Assembly (NCBI RefSeq): GCF_009914755.1
Contig: NC_060939.1
Reading direction: 5' to 3' (one strand)
DNA length: 64,000 bases
Source: the human T2T-CHM13v2.0 reference genome, Homo sapiens
The notes under the pieces are model-generated. The model was not told where the DNA came from, did no database searches, and saw only the letters and a program-made list of their open reading frames with translations. Positions 1 to 10,228 of this stretch are shown one piece after another. Both the position numbers and the translations under genes were made by a program. The first letter of the stretch is position 1. Every line of letters begins with the position of its first letter.

Positions 1-31
1 GAGAATGCTGCTGTCTACTTTCTATTTGTAA

Positions 32-48
32 TCCCGTTTCCAACGAAA
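32..48 (-). promoter_or_regulatory. CENP-B box, monomer 1 (repeated in every HOR)
   Basis: TCCCGTTTCCAACGAAA = reverse complement of TTTCGTTGGAAACGGGA. Confidence 0.95.
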
Positions 49-202
49 TCCTCAGAACTATCGAAATTTCCAATTGCAGATTCCACAGAAACAGGGTTTC
101 AAAGCTGCTCTGTAAAAAGAAAGGTTCAACTCTGTTAGTTGAATACACACGTCACAAACAAGTTTCTGAGAATGCTTCTGTCTAGTTTTTATGGGAAGAT
201 AT

Positions 203-219
203 TTCCTTTTTCACCGTAG
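203..219 (+). promoter_or_regulatory. pJalpha (A-box) motif, monomer 2; equivalents in monomers 6 and 11, degenerate in 4, 9, 13, 15
   Basis: TTCCTTTTTCACCGTAG matches the pJalpha consensus TTCCTTTTYCACCRTAG and lies at the position homologous to the CENP-B box in the alternate monomers. Confidence 0.8.
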
Positions 220-373
220 GCCTCAAAGCGCTCCAAATGTCCACGTCCACATACTACAAAAAGAGTGTTTCAAACCTGCTGTATGAAAGGGAATGTTCAA
301 CTCTATGAGTTGAATGCAAACATTACAAAGAAGTTTCTGAGAATGCTTCTGTCTAGATTTTATATGAAGGTTT

Positions 374-390
374 TCCCGTTTCCAACGAAA
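374..390 (-). promoter_or_regulatory. CENP-B box, monomer 3
   Basis: TCCCGTTTCCAACGAAA exact match. Confidence 0.95.
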
Positions 391-711
391 TTTTCAATGC
401 TCTCAAAATATCCACTTGTAGATTCTACAAAAAGAGTGTTTCCAAACTGCTGTGTCAAAAGAAAGGTTCAACTCTGTTAGTTGAGGACACACATCACAAA
501 TAAGTTTCTGAGAATGCTTCTGTCTAGTTCTTATTTGAAGACATTTCCTTTCTCACCTTAGGCCTGAAAACGCTCGAAATATCCACTTCCAGATACGACA
601 GAAACAGTGATTCAAACCTGCTCTATGAAAGGGAATGTTCAACTAGGTGACTTGAATGCAAACATCACAAAGCAGTTTCTGAGAATGCTGCTGTCTACTT
701 TCTATTTGTAA

Positions 712-728
712 TCCCATTTCCAACGAAA
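712..728 (-). promoter_or_regulatory. CENP-B box, monomer 5 (disrupted in H1 and H3, intact in the other units)
   Basis: TCCCATTTCCAACGAAA here (G716A) versus TCCCGTTTCCAACGAAA at 3269-3285 in H2. Confidence 0.9.
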
Positions 729-1053
729 TCCTCAGAACTATCGAAATTTCCAATTGCAGATTCCACAAAAAGCGTGTTTCAAAGCTGCTCTGTAAAAAGA
801 AAGGTTCAACTCTGTTAGTTGAATACACACGTCACAAACAAGTTTCTGAGAATGCTTCTGTCTAGTTTTTATGGGAAGATATTTCCTTTTTCACCGTAGG
901 CCTCAAAGCGCTCCAAATGTCCACTTCCACATACTACAAAAAGAGTGTTTCAAACCTGCTCTATGATAGGGAATGTTGAAACCTATGAGTTGAATGCAAG
1001 CATTACAAAGAGGTTTCTGAGAATGCTTCTGTCTAGATTTTATATGTAGATAT

Positions 1054-1070
1054 TCCCGTTTCCAACGAAA
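1054..1070 (-). promoter_or_regulatory. CENP-B box, monomer 7
   Basis: TCCCGTTTCCAACGAAA exact match. Confidence 0.95.
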
Positions 1071-1224
1071 TCCTCAAAGCTATCCAAATATCAACTTGCA
1101 GATTCTACAAAAGGAATGTTTCCAAAATGCTGTATCCAAACAAAGGTTCAACTCTGTGAATTGAGGGCATACATCACAAAGAAGATTCTGAGAATGCTTC
1201 TGTCTAGATTTTATATGAAAATAT

Positions 1225-1241
1225 TCCCGTTTCCAACGAAA
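1225..1241 (-). promoter_or_regulatory. CENP-B box, monomer 8
   Basis: TCCCGTTTCCAACGAAA exact match, 171 bp after the monomer-7 box. Confidence 0.95.
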
Positions 1242-1566
1242 TCCTCAAAGCTATCCAAATATCCACTTGCAAATGCCACAAAAAGAGTGTTTCCAAACTG
1301 CTCTGTGAAAAGGAAGGTTCAACTCTGTTAGTTGAGTACACACATCACAAAGAGGTTTCTGAGAATGCTGCTGACTAGTTTTTATTTGAAGATATTTCCC
1401 TTTTCACCTTAGGCCTAAGAGTGCTCGAAATGTCCATTTCCACATACTCCACAAAGTGTGTTTCAAACGTGCTGTATGAAAGGGAATGTTCAACTCTATG
1501 AGTTGAATGCAAACATCACAAAGAAGACTCTGAGAATGCTTTTGTCTAGATTTTATATGAAGATAT

Positions 1567-1583
1567 TCCCGTGTCCAACGAAA
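1567..1583 (-). promoter_or_regulatory. Variant CENP-B box, monomer 10
   Basis: TCCCGTGTCCAACGAAA; one substitution at a non-essential position, core CCCG-nn-T-nnnn-CGAA retained. Confidence 0.85.
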
Positions 1584-1908
1584 TTTTCAAAGGTCTCCAA
1601 ATATCCATTTGTAGATTCTACAAAAAGAGTGTTTCCAAACTGCTGTATCAAAACAAAGGTTGAACTCTGTGAGTTGAGGACACACATCACAAATAAGTTT
1701 CTGAGAATGCTTCTGTCTAGTTTTTATTTGAAGATGTTTCCTTTTTCACCATAGGCCTGAAAGCGCTCGAAATGTCCACTTCCAGATAGTACAGAAAGAG
1801 TGTTTCAAACCTGCTCTATGAACGGGAATGTTCAGCTCTGTGAGTTGAATGCAAACATCACAAAGCAGGTTCTGAGAATGCTTCCGTCTAGATTTTAAAT
1901 GAGGATAT

Positions 1909-1925
1909 TCCCGTTTCCAACGAAA
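1909..1925 (-). promoter_or_regulatory. CENP-B box, monomer 12
   Basis: TCCCGTTTCCAACGAAA exact match. Confidence 0.95.
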
Positions 1926-2215
1926 TCCTCGAAGCTATCCAAATATCCACTTGCAGATTCCACAAAAAGAGTGTTTCAAAACTGCTCTGTCAAAAGATAG
2001 GTTCAACTCTGTTAGTTGAGTACACACATGGCAAACAAGATTGCGAGAATGCTTTCGTCTAGTTTTTTTGGGAAGATATTTCCTTCTTCACCATAGGCCT
2101 CAAAGCGCTCCAAATATCCATTTCCACATGCTATACAAAGAGTGTCTCAAACCTGCTGTATGAATGGGAATGTTCAACTCTATGAGTTGAATGCAAACAT
2201 CACAAAGAAGTTTCT

Positions 2216-3575
2216 GAGAATGCTGCTGTCTAGATTTTATATGAAGGTTTTCCCGCTTCCAACGAAATTTTCAATGCTCTCAAAATATCCTCTTGTAGAT
2301 TCTACAAAAAGAGTGTTTCCAAACTGCTGTATCAAAACAAAGGTTCATCTCTGTTAGTTGAGGACACACATCACAAATAAGTTTCTGAGAATGCTTCTGT
2401 CTAGTTCTTATTTGAAGACATTTCCTTTCTCACCTTAGGCCTGAAAGCGCTCGAAATACCCACTTCCAGATACTACAGAAACAGTGATTCAAACCTGCTC
2501 TATGAAAGGGAATGTTCAACTAGGTGACTTGAATGCAAACATCACAAAGCAGTTTCTGAGAATGCTGCTGTCTACTTTCTATTTGTAATCCCGTTTCCAA
2601 CGAAATCCTCAGAACTATCGAAATTTCCAATTGCAGATTCCACAGAAACAGGGTTTCAAAGCTGCTCTGTAAAAAGAAAGGTTCAACTCTGTTAGTTGAA
2701 TACACACGTCACAAACAAGTTTCTGAGAATGCTTCTGTCTAGTTTTTATGGGAAGATATTTCCTTTTTCACCGTAGGCCTCAAAGCGCTCCAAATGTCCA
2801 CGTCCACATACTACAAAAAGAGTGTTTCAAACCTGCTGTATGAAAGGGAATGTTCAACTCTATGAGTTGAATGCAAACATTACAAAGAAGTTTCTGAGAA
2901 TGCTTCTGTCTAGATTTTATATGAAGGTTTTCCCGTTTCCAACGAAATTTTCAATGCTCTCAAAATATCCACTTGTAGATTCTACAAAAAGAGTGTTTCC
3001 AAACTGCTGTGTCAAAAGAAAGGTTCAACTCTGTTAGTTGAGGACACACATCACAAATAAGTTTCTGAGAATGCTTCTGTCTAGTTCTTATTTGAAGACA
3101 TTTCCTTTCTCACCTTAGGCCTGAAAACGCTCGAAATATCCACTTCCAGATACGACAGAAACAGTGATTCAAACCTGCTCTATGAAAGGGAATGTTCAAC
3201 TAGGTGACTTGAATGCAAACATCACAAAGCAGTTTCTGAGAATGCTGCTGTCTACTTTCTATTTGTAATCCCGTTTCCAACGAAATCCTCAGAACTATCG
3301 AAATTTCCAATTGCAGATTCCACAAAAAGCGTGTTTCAAAGCTGCTCTGTAAAAAGAAAGGTTCAACTCTGTTAGTTGAATACACACGTCACAAACAAGT
3401 TTCTGAGAATGCTTCTGTCTAGTTTTTATGGGAAGATATTTCCTTTTTCACCGTAGGCCTCAAAGCGCTCCAAATGTCCACTTCCACATACTACAAAAAG
3501 AGTGTTTCAAACCTGCTCTATGATAGGGAATGTTGAAACCTATGAGTTGAATGCAAGCATTACAAAGAGGTTTCT
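2216..3575 (-). repeat. Internal 2 x 680-bp tetramer duplication within the HOR (monomers 14-15-1-2 versus 3-4-5-6)
   Basis: Near-identical ORF pairs 680 bp apart (2142/2822; 2520/3200); both copies share the 167-bp monomer with TCTACTTTCTATTTGTAATCCCG. Exact boundaries are approximate. Confidence 0.9.
2251..2267 (-). promoter_or_regulatory. CENP-B box, monomer 14
   Basis: TCCCGCTTCCAACGAAA = reverse complement of TTTCGTTGGAAGCGGGA, fits the consensus. Confidence 0.95.
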
Positions 3576-6500
3576 GAGAATGCTTCTGTCTAGATTTTAT
3601 ATGTAGATATTCCCGTTTCCAACGAAATCCTCAAAGCTATCCAAATATCAACTTGCAGATTCTACAAAAGGAATGTTTCCAAAATGCTGTATCCAAACAA
3701 AGGTTCAACTCTGTGAATTGAGGGCATACATCACAAAGAAGATTCTGAGAATGCTTCTGTCTAGATTTTATATGAAAATATTCCCGTTTCCAACGAAATC
3801 CTCAAAGCTATCCAAATATCCACTTGCAAATGCCACAAAAAGAGTGTTTCCAAACTGCTCTGTGAAAAGGAAGGTTCAACTCTGTTAGTTGAGTACACAC
3901 ATCACAAAGAGGTTTCTGAGAATGCTGCTGACTAGTTTTTATTTGAAGATATTTCCCTTTTCACCTTAGGCCTAAGAGTGCTCGAAATGTCCATTTCCAC
4001 ATACTCCACAAAGTGTGTTTCAAACGTGCTGTATGAAAGGGAATGTTCAACTCTATGAGTTGAATGCAAACATCACAAAGAAGACTCTGAGAATGCTTTT
4101 GTCTAGATTTTATATGAAGATATTCCCGTGTCCAACGAAATTTTCAAAGGTCTCCAAATATCCATTTGTAGATTCTACAAAAAGAGTGTTTCCAAACTGC
4201 TGTATCAAAACAAAGGTTGAACTCTGTGAGTTGAGGACACACATCACAAATAAGTTTCTGAGAATGCTTCTGTCTAGTTTTTATTTGAAGATGTTTCCTT
4301 TTTCACCATAGGCCTGAAAGCGCTCGAAATGTCCACTTCCAGATAGTACAGAAAGAGTGTTTCAAACCTGCTCTATGAACGGGAATGTTCAGCTCTGTGA
4401 GTTGAATGCAAACATCAGAAAGCAGGTTCTGAGAATGCTTCCGTCTAGATTTTAAATGAGGATATTCCCGTTTCCAACGAAATCCTCGAAGCTATCCAAA
4501 TATCCACTTGCAGATTCCACAAAAAGAGTGTTTCAAAACTGCTCTGTCAAAAGATAGGTTCAACTCTGTTAGTTGAGTACACACATGGCAAACAAGATTG
4601 CGAGAATGCTTTCGTCTAGTTTTTTTGGGAAGATATTTCCTTCTTCACCATAGGCCTCAAAGCGCTCCAAATATCCATTTCCACATGCTATACAAAGAGT
4701 GTCTCAAACCTGCTGTATGAATGGGAATGTTCAACTCTATGAGTTGAATGCAAACATCACAAAGAAGTTTCTGAGAATGCTGCTGTCTAGATTTTATATG
4801 AAGGTTTTCCCGCTTCCAACGAAATTTTCAATGCTCTCAAAATATCCTCTTGTAGATTCTACAAAAAGAGTGTTTCCAAACTGCTGTATCAAAACAAAGG
4901 TTCATCTCTGTTAGTTGAGGACACACATCACAAATAAGTTTCTGAGAATGCTTCTGTCTAGTTCTTATTTGAAGACATTTCCTTTCTCACCTTAGGCCTG
5001 AAAGCGCTCGAAATACCCACTTCCAGATACTACAGAAACAGTGATTCAAACCTGCTCTATGAAAGGGAATGTTCAACTAGGTGACTTGAATGCAAACATC
5101 ACAAAGCAGTTTCTGAGAATGCTGCTGTCTACTTTCTATTTGTAATCCCGTTTCCAACGAAATCCTCAGAACTATCGAAATTTCCAATTGCAGATTCCAC
5201 AGAAACAGGGTTTCAAAGCTGCTCTGTAAAAAGAAAGGTTCAACTCTGTTAGTTGAATACACACGTCACAAACAAGTTTCTGAGAATGCTTCTGTCTAGT
5301 TTTTATGGGAAGATATTTCCTTTTTCACCGTAGGCCTCAAAGCGCTCCAAATGTCCACGTCCACATACTACAAAAAGAGTGTTTCAAACCTGCTGTATGA
5401 AAGGGAATGTTCAACTCTATGAGTTGAATGCAAACATTACAAAGAAGTTTCTGAGAATGCTTCTGTCTAGATTTTATATGAAGGTTTTCCCGTTTCCAAC
5501 GAAATTTTCAATGCTCTCAAAATATCCACTTGTAGATTCTACAAAAAGAGTGTTTCCAAACTGCTGTGTCAAAAGAAAGGTTCAACTCTGTTAGTTGAGG
5601 ACACACATCACAAATAAGTTTCTGAGAATGCTTCTGTCTAGTTCTTATTTGAAGACATTTCCTTTCTCACCTTAGGCCTGAAAACGCTCGAAATATCCAC
5701 TTCCAGATACGACAGAAACAGTGATTCAAACCTGCTCTATGAAAGGGAATGTTCAACTAGGTGACTTGAATGCAAACATCACAAAGCAGTTTCTGAGAAT
5801 GCTGCTGTCTACTTTCTATTTGTAATCCCATTTCCAACGAAATCCTCAGAACTATCGAAATTTCCAATTGCAGATTCCACAAAAAGCGTGTTTCAAAGCT
5901 GCTCTGTAAAAAGAAAGGTTCAACTCTGTTAGTTGAATACACACGTCACAAACAAGTTTCTGAGAATGCTTCTGTCTAGTTTTTATGGGAAGATATTTCC
6001 TTTTTCACCGTAGGCCTCAAAGCGCTCCAAATGTCCACTTCCACATACTACAAAAAGAGTGTTTCAAACCTGCTCTATGATAGGGAATGTTGAAACCTAT
6101 GAGTTGAATGCAAGCATTACAAAGAGGTTTCTGAGAATGCTTCTGTCTAGATTTTATATGTAGATATTCCCGTTTCCAACGAAATCCTCAAAGCTATCCA
6201 AATATCAACTTGCAGATTCTACAAAAGGAATGTTTCCAAAATGCTGTATCCAAACAAAGGTTCAACTCTGTGAATTGAGGGCATACATCACAAAGAAGAT
6301 TCTGAGAATGCTTCTGTCTAGATTTTATATGAAAATATTCCCGTTTCCAACGAAATCCTCAAAGCTATCCAAATATCCACTTGCAAATGCCACAAAAAGA
6401 GTGTTTCCAAACTGCTCTGTGAAAAGGAAGGTTCAACTCTGTTAGTTGAGTACACACATCACAAAGAGGTTTCTGAGAATGCTGCTGACTAGTTTTTATT

Positions 6501-9500
6501 TGAAGATATTTCCCTTTTCACCTTAGGCCTAAGAGTGCTCGAAATGTCCATTTCCACATACTCCACAAAGTGTGTTTCAAACGTGCTGTATGAAAGGGAA
6601 TGTTCAACTCTATGAGTTGAATGCAAACATCACAAAGAAGACTCTGAGAATGCTTTTGTCTAGATTTTATATGAAGATATTCCCGTGTCCAACGAAATTT
6701 TCAAAGGTCTCCAAATATCCATTTGTAGATTCTACAAAAAGAGTGTTTCCAAACTGCTGTATCAAAACAAAGGTTGAACTCTGTGAGTTGAGGACACACA
6801 TCACAAATAAGTTTCTGAGAATGCTTCTGTCTAGTTTTTATTTGAAGATGTTTCCTTTTTCACCATAGGCCTGAAAGCGCTCGAAATGTCCACTTCCAGA
6901 TAGTACAGAAAGAGTGTTTCAAACCTGCTCTATGAACGGGAATGTTCAGCTCTGTGAGTTGAATGCAAACATCACAAAGCAGGTTCTGAGAATGCTTCCG
7001 TCTAGATTTTAAATGAGGATATTCCCGTTTCCAACGAAATCCTCGAAGCTATCCAAATATCCACTTGCAGATTCCACAAAAAGAGTGTTTCAAAACTGCT
7101 CTGTCAAAAGATAGGTTCAACTCTGTTAGTTGAGTACACACATGGCAAACAAGATTGCGAGAATGCTTTCGTCTAGTTTTTTTGGGAAGATATTTCCTTC
7201 TTCACCATAGGCCTCAAAGCGCTCCAAATATCCATTTCCACATGCTATACAAAGAGTGTCTCAAACCTGCTGTATGAATGGGAATGTTCAACTCTATGAG
7301 TTGAATGCAAACATCACAAAGAAGTTTCTGAGAATGCTGCTGTCTAGATTTTATATGAAGGTTTTCCCGCTTCCAACGAAATTTTCAATGCTCTCAAAAT
7401 ATCCTCTTGTAGATTCTACAAAAAGAGTGTTTCCAAACTGCTGTATCAAAACAAAGGTTCATCTCTGTTAGTTGAGGACACACATCACAAATAAGTTTCT
7501 GAGAATGCTTCTGTCTAGTTCTTATTTGAAGACATTTCCTTTCTCACCTTAGGCCTGAAAGCGCTCGAAATACCCACTTCCAGATACTACAGAAACAGTG
7601 ATTCAAACCTGCTCTATGAAAGGGAATGTTCAACTAGGTGACTTGAATGCAAACATCACAAAGCAGTTTCTGAGAATGCTGCTGTCTACTTTCTATTTGT
7701 AATCCCGTTTCCAACGAAATCCTCAGAACTATCGAAATTTCCAATTGCAGATTCCACAGAAACAGGGTTTCAAAGCTGCTCTGTAAAAAGAAAGGTTCAA
7801 CTCTGTTAGTTGAATACACACGTCACAAACAAGTTTCTGAGAATGCTTCTGTCTAGTTTTTATGGGAAGATATTTCCTTTTTCACCGTAGGCCTCAAAGC
7901 GCTCCAAATGTCCACGTCCACATACTACAAAAAGAGTGTTTCAAACCTGCTGTATGAAAGGGAATGTTCAACTCTATGAGTTGAATGCAAACATTACAAA
8001 GAAGTTTCTGAGAATGCTTCTGTCTAGATTTTATATGAAGGTTTTCCCGTTTCCAACGAAATTTTCAATGCTCTCAAAATATCCACTTGTAGATTCTACA
8101 AAAAGAGTGTTTCCAAACTGCTGTGTCAAAAGAAAGGTTCAACTCTGTTAGTTGAGGACACACATCACAAATAAGTTTCTGAGAATGCTTCTGTCTAGTT
8201 CTTATTTGAAGACATTTCCTTTCTCACCTTAGGCCTGAAAACGCTCGAAATATCCACTTCCAGATACGACAGAAACAGTGATTCAAACCTGCTCTATGAA
8301 AGGGAATGTTCAACTAGGTGACTTGAATGCAAACATCACAAAGCAGTTTCTGAGAATGCTGCTGTCTACTTTCTATTTGTAATCCCGTTTCCAACGAAAT
8401 CCTCAGAACTATCGAAATTTCCAATTGCAGATTCCACAAAAAGCGTGTTTCAAAGCTGCTCTGTAAAAAGAAAGGTTCAACTCTGTTAGTTGAATACACA
8501 CGTCACAAACAAGTTTCTGAGAATGCTTCTGTCTAGTTTTTATGGGAAGATATTTCCTTTTTCACCGTAGGCCTCAAAGCGCTCCAAATGTCCACTTCCA
8601 CATACTACAAAAAGAGTGTTTCAAACCTGCTCTATGATAGGGAATGTTGAAACCTATGAGTTGAATGCAAGCATTACAAAGAGGTTTCTGAGAATGCTTC
8701 TGTCTAGATTTTATATGTAGATATTCCCGTTTCCAACGAAATCCTCAAAGCTATCCAAATATCAGCTTGCAGATTCTGCAAAAGGAATGTTTCCAAAATG
8801 CTGTATCCAAACAAAGGTTCAACTCTGTGAATTGAGGGCATACATCACAAAGAAGATTCTGAGAATGCTTCTGTCTAGATTTTATATGAAAATATTCCCG
8901 TTTCCAACGAAATCCTCAAAGCTATCCAAATATCCACTTGCAAATGCCACAAAAAGAGTGTTTCCAAACTGCTCTGTGAAAAGGAAGGTTCAACTCTGTT
9001 AGTTGAGTACACACATCACAAAGAGGTTTCTGAGAATGCTGCTGACTAGTTTTTATTTGAAGATATTTCCCTTTTCACCTTAGGCCTAAGAGTGCTCGAA
9101 ATGTCCATTTCCACATACTCCACAAAGTGTGTTTCAAACGTGCTGTATGAAAGGGAATGTTCAACTCTATGAGTTGAATGCAAACATCACAAAGAAGATT
9201 CTGAGAATGCTTTTGTCTAGATTTTATATGAAGATATTCCCGTGTCCAACGAAATTTTCAAAGGTCTCCAAATATCCATTTGTAGATTCTACAAAAAGAG
9301 TGTTTCCAAACTGCTGTATCAAAACAAAGGTTGAACTCTGTGAGTTGAGGACACACATCACAAATAAGTTTCTGAGAATGCTTCTGTCTAGTTTTTATTT
9401 GAAGATGTTTCCTTTTTCACCATAGGCCTGAAAGCGCTCGAAATGTCCACTTCCAGATAGTACAGAAAGAGTGTTTCAAACCTGCTCTATGAACGGGAAT

Positions 9501-10228
9501 GTTCAGCTCTGTGAGTTGAATGCAAACATCACAAAGCAGGTTCTGAGAATGCTTCCGTCTAGATTTTAAATGAGGATATTCCCGTTTCCAACGAAATCCT
9601 CGAAGCTATCCAAATATCCACTTGCAGATTCCACAAAAAGAGTGTTTCAAAACTGCTCTGTCAAAAGATAGGTTCAACTCTGTTAGTTGAGTACACACAT
9701 GGCAAACAAGATTGCGAGAATGCTTTCGTCTAGTTTTTTTGGGAAGATATTTCCTTCTTCACCATAGGCCTCAAAGCGCTCCAAATATCCATTTCCACAT
9801 GCTATACAAAGAGTGTCTCAAACCTGCTGTATGAATGGGAATGTTCAACTCTATGAGTTGAATGCAAACATCACAAAGAAGTTTCTGAGAATGCTGCTGT
9901 CTAGATTTTATATGAAGGTTTTCCCGCTTCCAACGAAATTTTCAATGCTCTCAAAATATCCTCTTGTAGATTCTACAAAAAGAGTGTTTCCAAACTGCTG
10001 TATCAAAACAAAGGTTCATCTCTGTTAGTTGAGGACACACATCACAAATAAGTTTCTGAGAATGCTTCTGTCTAGTTCTTATTTGAAGACATTTCCTTTC
10101 TCACCTTAGGCCTGAAAGCGCTCGAAATACCCACTTCCAGATACTACAGAAACAGTGATTCAAACCTGCTCTATGAAAGGGAATGTTCAACTAGGTGACT
10201 TGAATGCAAACATCACAAAGCAGTTTCT

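Larger units (their letters stand above)
1..2557 (-). repeat. Representative HOR unit H1 (15 monomers); dimeric SF2-like family, tentatively human chr15 D15Z3 (S2C15H1L) 15-mer
   Basis: Unit length 13x171+2x167=2557 is seen directly. 2557-680=1877 bp (11-mer). Family and chromosome assignment rests on recalled HOR sizes only; other SF2 arrays with 11/15-mer forms (D8Z2, D9Z4) are not excluded without alignment. Confidence refers to the chromosome assignment. Confidence 0.6.

Noticed and set aside
179-225. Short palindromes (TCTAGA, AGGCCT, AGCGCT, CAATTG) as hairpin or cruciform signals
   Set aside because: Only 6-bp dyads typical of alpha-satellite monomers; no long inverted repeat was seen.
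1567-1583. Monomer-10 box TCCCGTGTCCAACGAAA as a dead CENP-B box
   Set aside because: The substitution is outside the nine essential positions, so it cannot be called non-functional from sequence.
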